Shown here: positions 1 through 13,905 of the stretch, in pieces | Numbering within the stretch: position 1 is the stretch's first letter | Layout of the letters: each line of letters opens with the position of its first letter | Source of the DNA: Callorhinchus milii | Lineage: Eukaryota | Direction of reading: 5' to 3' | DNA length: 64,000 nt | Assembly: GCF_018977255.1 (NCBI RefSeq) | Contig: NW_024704778.1 | Span: 620,001-684,000 of the forward strand | Made by a program: the position numbers and the translations under genes | Notes under the pieces: generated by a model | Database searches by the model: none | What the model saw: only the letters and a program-made list of their open reading frames with translations | What the model was told of the DNA's origin: nothing

Positions 1-189
1 TTTGTGGGGACATCACTCACAAAACACACAGTCACTGCACTTTACAGTATAATCTGTGAAGCGCTTCGAGATGTCTCAACGACGTGATGAGGCACTGAGA
101 TCAAATGACAGGATTATTATTATTATCTAACCACCCTCTCTCTCCTCCCTCTCTCTCTCCCCCCCCCCACCCCCCCCCCCTCCTCGCAG

Positions 190-2606
<2,417 letters not shown>

Positions 2607-3933
2607 AGCCAGCGATTGATTTTATCTGTCGGCCAGGACACCGGGAGAGAGAGAGGGAGAGAAACTCTCTTGTCTTTCCCCCCCCTCATCGCTTCGTAGC
2701 AATGTCTCAAAGGTTTCACAGGATGCACTAAAGTGTAGTGACTGTGTGTGTGTGGGCGGGACGTGGCAGGATTCTGATTTGGAGGCAAGAGACCGAGCTG
2801 GGCTGACAAAGGAGTATTGTGCCGTGGAGAATCTTCTCTCACACGGCTCCACAGACAAGGATTGTTATTTGTGATATTAAGGACAAGTTGCGGGTCAAAC
2901 AATAAAGATTTTCACGTCAAAGTCATCACATTATTCAACCACTTGGGTATCTCTCAGCTTCTCTAACCCAACCCCACACGTGTACAGGCTGACACACTAA
3001 CAACCAGCTTGCGATCTCTCCTCTCGTGATTATCGGAATTAGGCGCCTGTGTTTCCCCGGATTAATGTTTTGTTAAAGAGGCTGAACAATTGTCGTCACC
3101 TCTCTCTCTAAGCCTGGCTAATGAGGCCCCAAAACACAGCCCGTGTTGTGAACCTCCCAGCGCTGTGTAATCTGTACCTTGCTCCGCTTAACCCTGAAAC
3201 ACGCTGCCCGAAAATCTGTCCATTTATAGGAACACAGGAACAGGAGCCCCTCGAGCCTGTTCTGCCATTCTAGAAGATCACGGCTGATCTGTACCTCAAC
3301 TCCAATTTCCCGCCTTTGCCCCATTTCCCCTGATCCCCGGCCTCACAAACATTTCCATCCATCTCAGTCTGGACAATGTGAATGGATCCACAGCCATAAT
3401 CCACAGCCTCTTGGGGGAGGAAGGAAGGGATTCCCACTGGGCTTTGGGTGAAAAACTGCCCAAATCCTCTCCTAAATGGCCTCGGCTCTAGATTGTTGGA
3501 ATGGAATGTTCTCTCCCTCTCTCTTTCCCTGGAGGGACACCCCCCCCCCGCTTACCTAATTCCAAAGAGTATTAGGCGCAGGTTGGTGAGAGCCAAGGCT
3601 TGCGTTGGAAGTCTAACCAGCTAAAAAAAAATCACAGCCAGAGTCTGATGTGAAGTGGTTGTGGGACGGTGGGGGTTAACCTGAAAGGAGGGGGAGTGGG
3701 GGGAGGGGAGACTGAATTCAGGGATTTAAATAGGACCGCGATTTTGGACCAGATTAAATTGTCTGGGGTGGAAACGAGAGAGAGAGAGAAGCTGGCACAA
3801 TTGGTGGTGGTCAGTCAGTTGGTGTCTCTGCTCCTCGCTGTGTTGTGGTTGGGAGAGGAGGTTGTGGAGAGATTGGGAGGGAAAGTTGGGGAGAGGTTGG
3901 GAGGGGAGATTGGCTAGAGATTGGGAGGTGGCC

Positions 3934-6900
3934 ATGGGATTCTCAGAGGTTCTGGAGCAGGTGGGAGGGATGGGGAGATTCCAGGTTGTCCAGTTGGCTC
4001 TGTTAGCCATTCCCATCTGCCTGATGGCCAGTCACAACCTGCTACAGAACTTCGTGGCTGCCGTTCCTGATCACCGCTGCCGTAGCCGTGCGGACGCCCT
4101 CGGCAACACTTCCCGGCAAAGTCCTGGGAACGTGACGGGCAAAGTGCCGGCCGAGGAGCTGCTCCTGCCGGTGTTCATCCCCCTGGACAGGGAGGGCCGC
4201 CCGGAGAGGTGCCGGCTGTTTGCTGAGCCTCAGTGGCAATTCCTGGATTCCAACCGCACCCACGAGGACGGCAGCTCCACCACACGGCCATGTACGGACG
4301 GATGGCTGTACAGCCACGGGGACGTCACCAGCACCATCATCAGTGAGGTGTGTGTGTCCGTGTGTGTGTCTGTCTGTCTGTGTGTGTGTTTGTCTGTCTG
4401 TGTCACCACCACCATCATTACCAAGGTAGGAGAGAGTGTCTGTGTCATAATAATAATCATTACATTAGTTACAGCGTCTCATCACATCGTTGAGACGTCA
4501 CGAAACTCTTCACAGAATATGCACACACACTGAGCCGGTCTGACACACACACACTGAGCCGGTCTGACACACACACACTGAGCCGGTCTGACACACACAC
4601 ACACTGAGTCGGGTTGACAGACTGAGCCGGTCTGACACACACACACACTGAGTCGGGTTGACAGACACACACACACACAGAGCCGGGCTGATGTAATGAG
4701 GAGGGTGAGAAGGTGACCTGACAGAATGATCCCTCTCTCTCTCTCCTGCAGTGGGACCTGGTCTGCAGTCACAAGGCCCTGAAACCTCTGGCCCAGTCTG
4801 TGTACATGGCGGGGGTGTTGGTGGGAGCCCTGGTCCTGGGAAGTCTGTCTGACAGGTAGATATCAATCACATTGTTGTTGGCGGTGTCGGTGTTGACGGT
4901 GTCGGTGTTGATGGTGTTTGCTGTGTCCAGGCTGGGCCGCAGGGCTGTGCTGCTGGGGTCCTGTTTGTTGATGGCAGTGGCCGGCTCGTGCGCCGCGCTC
5001 TCCTCCTCGTTCTCTCTGTACTGTTTGTGGAGGTTCCTGACTGGAGCAGCTCAGTCAGGCATCGTTCTCAACGCTTTCTCCTGGAGTAAGTGTGAAGGGG
5101 GGGAGGGTTGGGATGAGGGGGCGGAGGGTTCTGGATGAGGTGGGGAGGGTTCGGAATGAGGTGGGGAGGGTTGGGATGAGTTGGGAGGGTTTGGGATGAG
5201 GTGGGGAGGGTTGGGATGAGGTGTAGAGGGTTGGGATGAGGTGGGGCGGGTTGGGGGAATGTTGGGATTAGGTGGGATGAGTTGGGGAGGGTTGGGATGA
5301 GTTGGGCAGGGTTGGGATGAGTTGGGATGAGTTGGGGAGGGTTGGTATGAGGTGGGGAGGGTTGGGATGAGGTGGGGAGGGTTGGTATGAGGTGGGGAGG
5401 GTTGGGATGAGGTGGGAAGCAGTTGGGGGAGCTGTGGAGACCGGGAGCAGACTGATTGCTGTTGCTGTCTCTCTGTAGCGGTGGAATGGTTGCCCACAGA
5501 CATGAGGAGCTCAGTGGTCATAGTGAATGGCTACAGCTACGCGGCAGGTCAGCTGCTCTTGGCCGGGTTGGCCTTCACCATTAGGCACTGGCGATGGCTC
5601 CAATTCACCATCTCCGCTCCCTACTTCATCTGCTTCCTGTACTCCTGGTAACTCAACACTTCACGCCTGTGCTCCTGATAACTCGACACCGTTCAGAGCA
5701 TGAGCTCGACAGCAAAACTATCCCCTTCAGCAGTCTAATAATAATAATAATCGTGGTGTTTGACCCGGCGCCTCATCACATCTTCAAGACGTCGCAAGGC
5801 GCTTCACAGGACACACTGTAAAGTGTAGTGACTGTGTATCTTGTGGGCAAAACACGGCAGCCAATTGCTCACAACGACGTCCCCACAAACAGTTGTTGGA
5901 CACTGTTGTTGTCGTTGCTGTCGTCGTTGTTGTTGTTGCTGTCGTCGTTAACCCCTCGATCCCCGGCAGGTGGTTCCCGGAGTCGGCACGGTGGCTGATA
6001 ATGAACGACAAAGCCGATGTGGCCGTGAACCAGCTGAAGCGAGTGGCCAGGCTGAATGGCAGGGAGGCCGAGGGCAGCAAACTCACAGCCGCGGTGAGTC
6101 GGTGGGTGGGTCGGTGTCACAGCAGTTACTTTCCTCAATTGGAACTCTTGAGTAGACTGACACTCCAGCCCAGAGCTGAGGGGAGTGAGAGACTGCGAGA
6201 GACAGACAGAGACAGACAGACAGACAGAGAGACAGACAGAGAGACAGACAGAGACAGACAGACAGACAGAGACAGACAGACAGAGAGACGCTGCTTTGTC
6301 GGAGATTCCATCTGGTTTTTGATGGACGTTAAACATCTAATGGTGAAGATCTCAAATTGGCGTTGGGGTACAGATGAGCCATGATCTAATAGATTGGAAC
6401 AGGCTCAAGGGGTTGAATGGCCTCCTCCTGTTCCTATAGTTCCTATGGTGCTGATCAAAGTGATCCTCTGTGTCGGTCTCTGGTCTGGTTCCGGAGTCAG
6501 GTGGGTCCACAAGGCGAAGTGACTGTGTGATGGGAGTTCCAGAGGGTGGGGGCAGAGAGGCTGAAGGCCTGACTGTGGATGGTGGGGAGGCCTGGGCTGG
6601 GGTGGGCTGGGGAGGGCGGGGGACGTGGAGCAGGCCGGAGCCCGCCGAGCGTATGCACGTGTGTGAGCTCCAGATTACTGCGATGACGTTTCTCTCGTCA
6701 CTGTTCGCTGGTTGAAGTTCAGACGAGTTGGTGACGTGTGATGTGATTCGCTGCAGACACTGAGAGCCGGTCTGGGGAAGGAGGTCCTGGTCACCGGGGG
6801 GTCCCACAGTCTGATCGACCTGTTCCGTACCCCTCTCATGAGAAGGAATATTTTCTGTACCATGTGTGTGTGGTAAGTCCTGTAGCTCAGTGGTTATATC

Positions 6901-9023
6901 CTTCGCCTCGCAAGCCAGAGGACCCGGGTTTGATTCCATTCCCAGTCAGGTCAGGTCAGGGCAAAACCTAAGGCAAGTTTCCTTACTCCACACACACACA
7001 CACACACAGACAGACAGATATACACACAAACAGATAAACACACACACACACACGCACACGCGCCTGTGTCCCCAGCAGTCAGTAGGAACCCGGTTGTCAG
7101 GCGATTGGGGGATCATTTTCTGGGGGTAATAATCACTTCAAAATAATAATAATTTGTTCACTCAATCCCCGGCTGTTTGTGGGGACGTCGCCGGGCGCGA
7201 TTGGCTCCCGCGTTTTGCCCGCAAAACACACAGTCACTACACCTTACAGTGTATCCTGTGAAGCGCTTTGAGATGTCTCAACGACGTGATAAGGCGCTGT
7301 ATCGAATGCAAAGATTATTATGAAGGATTAATGTCGGAACAGGCTGGAGGGGCTGAATGGCCTCCTCCTGATCCAGTGGGACAGACACACAGTGCCTCTC
7401 TCCCTCTCTCGCCAGGTTTGCCTGTAACTTTGGTTATTATGGGCTGGTGATGGAGCTGCAGGGGTTTGGGGTGAACATGTATCTGCTTCAGGTGATATTC
7501 GGGGCTGTGGATTTTCCTGCTAAAACCCTGGCAGCTCTCGGCATCACTTACCTCGGCCGTCGCTGGACACAAGCCTCGACTCTCACTCTAGCCGGTGCCG
7601 TGATCCTCATTAATGTCTGCATCCCCACAGGTGAGGGTCAGCCTCCCCCCTCTCCCCCCTCCGACTTCCCCCCCTCCGACCCTCCACCATCTCCCCCCCC
7701 ACAACCCTCCCCCGTCTGATCCTCCCCCATCTTCCCCCTCCGACTCTGGGCGGGTGTCTGACACACACACGGAAACCCGTCACCGTGACCAGTCGGGTGT
7801 CTGACACACACGATGATGTTAATGATTATGATGTCCCAGCGCCTTGGGACGTCCTCCCGACGTGAAAGGCGCTCTATAAATGCAATCTTGTTGTTGTTGA
7901 TGTCTTATTGTGTGCGTATGTTTGTGGGAGATGTTTAACGATCGGTGTTTAACCCTTTCAGAGCTGCAGTTAGTAAGGACAGGGTTGGCTGTGTTTGGTA
8001 AAGGCTGCTTGTCGGCATGTTTCTCCTGTGTCATGTTGTACAGTGGAGAGCTTTACCCCACAGTGCTCAGGTCAGTGAGCTCCCTGTACATTATTATAAT
8101 AACAATAATATTATAACAATAACAATAATGATAAAAATGACGATACCGATAATGTTGTTGTTGTCGTCGATGTTGTTGTTGCTGCTGTTGTTGTTGATGA
8201 TGTTGAAGTGGTTGATGTTGATGATGTCTCACAGACAGACGGCCTTTGGTTTGATGGCCACGATGGCGAGGGTGGGGGGGCTAGTTGCCCCCTTGGCCAG
8301 GCTGACCGGAGAGAGGTACCCACTGGTGCCTGGGCTGCTGTACGGAGCTGTGCCTGTCCTGGCGGGAATCCTGGCCACCCTCCTCCCAGAGACCCGTGGA
8401 CTGGCCTTACCAGACACCATCCCTGACATCGAGAGCAGGTCAGTCTCCAGCACAGCCCTTTGGCTCAGACACATACACACACAGCCCTTTGGCTCTGACA
8501 CACACACACACACAGCCCTTTGGCTCAGACACACATTGTCGAGACGTCTCAATGCACTTCACAGGAGACACTTTAAAGTGTAGTGACTGTGTGTATTTTG
8601 TGGGCTAATCGCGGCAGCCAATTGTGCACAGCAGCGTCTCACAAACAGTCGTGGATTGAGTGACCAAATTATTATTCATTTGGAGAGATTATTACCCCCA
8701 GAAAGCGATCCCCCAATCGACTAACAAACGGTTCCTACTGACTGCTGGTAAACAGAGTGTGTGGAGTAATGAATCTTGGCTAAAGTTTCACGCTGACTCG
8801 CCTGGGAATCAAACCCAGGTCCTCTCCGTTGTGAGGCAAGTGCTCTAACCGTTGAGCTACAGGATACCTGCTGCTCCCCCCCCCCCAAACCCTCCCTCTG
8901 TGTGAGTCTCTCCTGGTCTCCCTCCACAGGACGGTCACAGGGCTGGTGGGCAGCGAGGAACAGAAGAAACAAGAGATTTTATTGCCGGAAACTCACATCT
9001 CACTGCTGAAACACACCGTCTGA
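3934..9023 (+). CDS. SLC22 organic anion transporter (OAT1/SLC22A6-like), paralogue 1, ~567 aa
   Basis: Ten exons, all GT-AG with continuous frame: 3934-4347, 4752-4855, 4931-5085, 5479-5647, 5970-6093, 6757-6872, 7416-7630, 7962-8070, 8235-8438, 8930-9023. OAT hallmarks: MGFSEVL..VGG.GRFQ, HNLLQNF, EWDLVC, DRLGRR, PESARWL, ELYPT.LR, LPET. Exact orthology not resolvable by eye. Confidence 0.93.
5105..5415. repeat. ~20-bp G-rich minisatellite (GGTTGGGATGAGGTGGGGAG)n in OAT intron 3
   Basis: Direct tandem repeat visible. Confidence 0.9.
6878..7322 (+). mobile_element. tRNA-derived SINE, full length, just downstream of the exon 6 donor
   Basis: GTCCTGTAGCTCAGTGGTTA head through CAAAGATTATTAT tail. 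Confidence 0.85.
8535..8865 (-). mobile_element. tRNA-derived SINE (antisense)
   Basis: Reverse complement of family head (GAGCTACAGGA at ~8860) and body. Confidence 0.8.
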
Positions 9024-9439
9024 CCCCTGACTCCAGCCCCTGACCCCCAGCCCCTGACCCTAGCCTGGGTGCGATGGGTGGGGGGGTAAGTGCCGGGGTT
9101 GGTGGCCATGAACACGGGCGAGAGACACAGGAGCCATTTCATCTTGTCCAAGACAGGACAGGACAGGGTGTCCACAAAGTCTTGCAAGGCCTTGAGACGT
9201 CCTTCTGATGTGACAGGCTACAGAGGAGCTGATATAATAATAGCTTAATAATAATAATAATCCTTAATTTGATACAGCCCCTCATTGCGTCTTTGCAACG
9301 TCTCAAAGCGCTTCACAGGATGATATATATTTTCTGAGCAAAACACTGCAGCCAATTGGGCCCAGCGATGTCCCACACTCGATCGTGGAATCCGGAGAGT
9401 ATCAGGCATTGTATCAAATATAAAGATTATTATTATTAT

Positions 9440-9860
9440 TAACTAATTCCAGGGAGTATTAGGCATAGGTTGGGTGTGAGCCAAGGCTGGGGGGCGGGGG
9501 GGGGGGGGGGGGAACAAGTCCAGATTGTGCTTTGGGGGTAACTGCTGGGTTCTAACTAGCTAAACCCACACACAGCTCGGCCATCGAGAGAGAGAGAGAG
9601 CGAGAGATGTCTGGCAGCTTTCCCGCTGCTTGTCCAGCTGGGACCCCCCCTCCGCGCGAGTTAGTTAGTTGGGGCTTTGGCTGTGGGGTTACCAAGAGCT
9701 GAGGGGGAGGATTCTCTGCCCCCAGTGACTGGTCGGCCCTTTCCAGGTCCTGCCCAAGTCTGAGCCGGGCCGGGCCGGGCTGCCATCAGCAGTGAGTTCC
9801 CTGGGACCCTGCGGCCCCTCCTGGCTCAGGAACCGGGGGCTCAAGATCGTCAGAGTGGGG
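9440..9860. repeat. Unclassified dispersed repeat; related segments at ~3530, 11070, 15550, 21060, 33510, 44330, 51450, 60240, 63760
   Basis: Shared blocks CTAATTCC..AGTATTAGG, GGGGTAACTGCTGG..CTAACCAGCTAAA, GCTTTCCC.CTGCTTGTCCAGCT, GGAGCTGAGGGGGAGGATTCTCTGCCCCCAGTGACTGGTC, GCTGCCATCAGCAGTGAGT. Confidence 0.75.
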
Positions 9861-10339
9861 AGGGGGGCTCGAGAGAGAGAGAGAGAGAGAGAGAGACCAT
9901 CGGGGGGTGGGGGGCTAGATATCCACATTCCATTGGCTGGCAGGTCACCTTGGAGCCAGTTCTGAGGTGATATCAAGGATGATTATAATTGACACGGGCA
10001 TAGGAGGAGACGGGAGAGGGAGGGAGGTGATGGAGATTGGGAGGGGTCGGGCGAGTGGGTGGGAAACAGGTTCACAGAGCTTTTTTCTCTTCCACAATTG
10101 GAGCATTTTGTCACAGACTTTGTCGAGGGCAAAGTCTCAACATGTGTTGGTTAGGAAATAACGTTAAAGATTAAAACATTCCTGATTCCTAATGATCGTT
10201 GTGTAAAGCTGATGTGTTGCTATGGTTTTCTCTCTACGTGATCCAAAGTCAAGCCCCCTCCCTCTCGCCTCCTAACCCCTTCCTCTTCCGCTCTCCCCCC
10301 CCACCCCACTCTGAGGTGGAGATGTTTGTGGGTCAGGGG

Positions 10340-11030
10340 ATCAGGGGAAACGGGGCAAAGGCGGGTAAATGGAGTTGAGGTTCAGACCAGCCACGATCTC
10401 ATAGAATGGCAGAACAGGCTTGAGGGGCTGACTGGCCTCCTCCTGTTCCTATGTTCCGCCCCCTCCCTCCCTCTCCGACGCCTCTTATTCCTGCTTAACT
10501 CTGCCTTTTATGTATTTTATCATAGAATCGTACAGCACAGCAAGAGGCCATTCGGCCCATCGTGCCTATACCAGCTCCTTGAAAGAGTTACCACAAGTCC
10601 CACTCCCCCGCTCTTACCCCAACTAGTCCCACTCCCCCACTCTTACCCCAACTAGCCCCCACTCCCCCCGCTCATACCCCAACTAGTCCCACTCCCCCCG
10701 CTCTTACCCCAACTAGCCCCACTCCCCCGCTCTTACTCCAAATAGCCCCCACTCCCCCCGCTCTTACCCCAACTAGCCCCACTCCCCCGCTCTCAGCCCA
10801 TAGTCCTGCACGTGTTTCCTTTTCAAATACCCATCCAATTCCCCTTTGAAAGCTATTATTGAATCTGCCCCTTGCCGGCCTTTCAGGCAATGCATTCCAG
10901 ACCGTAACAACTCTCTGTGTAAAAAACAGTCTCCTCGTCTCCCCTCTGGTTCTTTTGCTATTTATCATAAACCTGTGTCCTCTGGTCACTGACCCGCCCG
11001 CAGAGGAAACAGTTTCCTCCTATTCATTCT
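10340..11030 (-). mobile_element. CR1-type LINE 3' fragments with an internal ~29-bp minisatellite (10595-10800)
   Basis: Minus ORF TRGHRFMINSKRTRGETRRLFFTQRVVTVWNALP resembles the CR1 ORF2 C-terminus; (CCCAACTAGCCCCACTCCCCCGCTCTTAC)n inside. The 10340-10450 piece is a plus-orientation 3'-tail fragment. Confidence 0.8.
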
Positions 11031-11834
11031 TGATGTCTTTCTGCAAATCTTATCCCCTCTTTCTGCTGATGAGCCGGGCCGGGCTGTGCTGCCATCAGCA
11101 GCGAGTGCCCCGGGATACTGCAGACCTTTCTGGCTCAGGAACCGGGACTAAAGACCGTCATAGAGGGGGGTCTCGATTGCCACGTTCGAGGAGACCCCGA
11201 TTACCCTCTCCCCACGCCCCAAGAGGACAGTCACTAGTTGGTCGTTTGGCACCCGACAAGTGTGGGTTTGAGCCTAACTCAGGGGACGGCAGGTATGAGT
11301 TTCTCAATGGACAACACGGCTCAGTGTGAGAGCTTTGCCACCATCTTGCTGTCAGCAGCTCAGACACATGGTCCGTCCCATTCGGCCATGGTTCCACCAG
11401 TTGGAGGGGTGCAGTTTAAGCAGAAGCTGCTGTTGTCTCCGCAGCCAAACCAGGTGGGTTCAAGCGCTGGACGTGTTTTCACAAACTCAGACTCGAGCCA
11501 ACGCCTTCCAGCAGCCACTGCCCGAAACCCCAGTTTCTTCACCAGCTGCAATATTATTAATATGATTGATTATCTGCCCAGTTTCTACCTCTTCCTCGTA
11601 GACCTTCGATCGTCTCTCAGATACACATCCTCGGCCCCACCAACCACATCTCAGCTTCCTCCCCTCCGCTGCCTCCAGAAGAGAATTCCATGCAAACCAG
11701 GTTTAGGATTGAGATAGCCAGAGAAAGATAACTAGTGACTGATGTGTGGCGTCCAGATTATCCATTGCTTCTCTCTCTCTCTCTCTCTCTCGGAGTGCAG
11801 TGTCCCTCAGTCACACTCTCTCTCTTTCTGTCAC

Positions 11835-12310
11835 AGGGGCTGTGGGGTGTGAGGGGAGGGGTCTAACCCCTGAGCTACAGGGGCTGTGGGGTGTGAGGGG
11901 AGGGGTCTAACCCCTGAGCTACAGGGGCTGTGGGGTGTGAGGGGAGGGGTCTAACCCCTGAGCTACAGGGGCTGTGGGGTGTGAGGGGAGGGGTCTAACC
12001 CCTGAGCTACAGGGGCTGTGGGGTGTGAGATGGGGTCTAACCCCTGAGCTACAGGGGCTGTGGGGTGTGAGGGGAGGGGTCTGACCCCTGAGCTACAGGG
12101 GCTGTGGGGTGCGAGGGAGGGGTCTAACCCCTGAGCTACAGGGGCTGTGGGGTGTGAGGGAGGGGTCTGACCCCTGAGCTACAGGGGCTGTGGGGTGGGA
12201 GGGGAGGGGTCTAACCCCTGAGCTACAGGGGCTGTGGGGTGCGAAGGGAGGGGTCTAACCCCTGAGCTACAGGGGCTGTGGGGTGTGAGGGAGGGGTCTA
12301 ACCCCTGAAC
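11835..12310 (-). repeat. ~43-bp minisatellite built from the SINE tRNA-like head
   Basis: Unit GGGGCTGTGGGGTGTGAGGGGAGGGGTCTAACCCCTGAGCTACA, about 11 copies; reverse complement contains TGTAGCTCAGGGGTTAGA. Confidence 0.9.
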
Positions 12311-12353
12311 TCAAGGCCTCCACAGAGTGTGGGGGCGCAGTCACACAAGGTGG

Positions 12354-12385
12354 TGCAGTGCGATAGCTGACCAGCAGGTGGCGCT
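12354..12385 (+). promoter_or_regulatory. CTCF binding site (core plus upstream motif)
   Basis: CCAGCAGGTGGCGC at 12371-12384 matches the CTCF core consensus; TGCAGTG at 12354-12360 lies at the upstream-motif position. Confidence 0.7.
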
Positions 12386-12454
12386 GTGTGTCTACACCTG
12401 GTTTCAATAGACAACAGCAACAACTCACATTTACGTTTCTATATTTATGTTTGT

Positions 12455-12990
12455 GCGCGGGGGGGGGCAGTGCGGGGGGGGGGGCAGTGCGGGGGGGGGC
12501 AGTGCGGGGGGGGGGCAGTGCGGGGGCAGTGGGGGGGGGGCAGTGCGGGGGGGGGGGGGGGGCAGTGCGGGGGGGGGGCAGTGCGGGGGGGGGGCAGTGC
12601 GGGGGGGGGGGCAGTGCGGGGGGCAGTGCGGGGGGGGGCGTGCGGGGGGGGGCAGTGCGGGGGGGGGGCAGTGCGGGGGGGCAGTGGGGGGGGGGGCAGT
12701 GCGGGGGGGCAGTGCGGGGGCGGGGGGGGGGGGTGCGGGGGGGCAGTGCGGGGGGGGGGGCAGTGCGGGGGGGGCAGTGCGGGGGGGGGCAGTGCGGTGG
12801 GGGGCAGTGCGGGGGGGGGGCAGTGCGGGGGGTGGGGGGCAGTGCGGGGGGTGGGGGGCAGTGCGGGGGGGGGGGCAGTGCGGGGGGGGGCAGTGCGGGG
12901 GGGGGGGCAGTGCGGGGGGGGGGGGGGGCAGTGCGGGGGGGGGGGGCAGTGCGGGGGCAGTGCGGGGGCAGTGCGGGGGGGGGGGGGGCG
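12455..12990. repeat. G-run minisatellite (CAGTGC-Gn)n, G-quadruplex-prone
   Basis: Dozens of CAGTGC units separated by runs of about 5-16 G. Confidence 0.9.
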
Positions 12991-13098
12991 GCCATGTCAG
13001 TCAGTGAGGGGAGGAGTTGTTTAATGAGGGTTTGAGCGGCTGTTCAGCGGCGCTGTGTGTGTGTGTGTGGGTCAGTGTCGGGGGGGGAGGGGTCAGTC

Positions 13099-13905
13099 AT
13101 GTCCAGTGACGAGGAGGAGAAGCGGCGGCGGGAGGAGGAGGAGGAGGACGAGGAGGCGGCGGCGGCGGCGGAGTCCGGGGCTGTACTCGAGCCCGAGGCT
13201 TTGGGGCCTAAACTCCAGCAGCTGCGGTTGGAGCCCGAACCCGCAGGAAAACCCGCGGCTTCGCGGCCTACACCGGAAAAGGCGGTCGGGCCCGCGGGCC
13301 GGAGGACACCGAGCGGCGGGAGGAGACCGGCAGGAAAGCCCGAGGCCTCGCGGGCCGCCCGGGGCCCGGGGCCGGAGCTGGACCCGGGGCCGGCGGGGCT
13401 CGGGGGGGAGGCGGCCGGGATCCCGCTGCTCCGCGAGGCCTCGGGGCCGCGCTCGGGACCGGCCGCCTGGGCCCGGCGGCTGCGGGAGGAGTACGCGGCG
13501 CTGATCCGCTACGTGGAGCTGAGCCGCGAGGCCGCGGGCGGGGCCTCGGGCCCGGGCGGCGGGTGGTTCCGGCTGGAGGCGAGCGCGGACGGGACGCGCT
13601 GGTCCGGGCGGTGCTGGGCCGTGCACCGGCTGCTCCGCTACGGCTTCCGGCTGCAGCTGACGGTACCCGCGGCCTATCCCGCCGCCGCCCCCGAGCCCGC
13701 GCTCCCGGGCCTGGACGGGAAGACGGCCAAAATGTACCGCGGCGGCCGCGTCTGCCTCTCGCGGCACTTCCAGCCGCTCTGGGCCCGGCACCAGCCCCGC
13801 CTCGGCCTCGCGCACCTCCTGGCCCTCGGCCTCGCGCCGTGGCTCGCCGTCGAGGTGCCCGAACTCGCCGACAAGGGCCTCATCGCCCCCGGGGACGAGG
13901 ACTGA
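13099..13905 (+). CDS. UFC1: Intronless UFM1-conjugating enzyme (UFC1-like) with ~100-aa N-terminal extension, 268 aa
   Basis: Single ORF; the C-terminal ~160 aa follow UFC1 throughout: IPLL...GPR...W..RLREEY.ALIRYVE, WFRLE...DGTRW.G.CW, YP..APE.ALP.LDGKTAKMYRGGRVCL..HF.PLWAR..PRLGLAHLLALGL.PWLAVEVP.L..KG.I. Catalytic Cys codon at 13753-13755; AATAAA at 15031. Confidence 0.9.
   Translation: MSSDEEEKRRREEEEEDEEAAAAAESGAVLEPEALGPKLQQLRLEPEPAGKPAASRPTPEKAVGPAGRRTPSGGRRPAGKPEASRAARGPGPELDPGPAGLGGEAAGIPLLREASGPRSGPAAWARRLREEYAALIRYVELSREAAGGASGPGGGWFRLEASADGTRWSGRCWAVHRLLRYGFRLQLTVPAAYPAAAPEPALPGLDGKTAKMYRGGRVCLSRHFQPLWARHQPRLGLAHLLALGLAPWLAVEVPELADKGLIAPGDED

Noticed and set aside
3059-3080. HNF1-like site upstream of OAT paralogue 1 (also CATTAATGCTAAAG in the duplicated blocks)
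   Set aside because: Only a partial match to GTTAATNATTAAC; not supportable without a PWM scan
9009-9023. PDZ-binding C-terminus on the OATs (KHTV; TQTI in paralogue 2)
   Set aside because: The residue at -2 is not Ser/Thr, so the class I consensus is not met
11064-11100. CTGATGAG with a flanking hairpin as a possible hammerhead ribozyme
   Set aside because: No correctly placed GAAA/stem III, and other copies of the repeat lack CTGATGA
12267-13035. Long Gly/Pro-rich ORFs on both strands
   Set aside because: Translations of the G-run minisatellite
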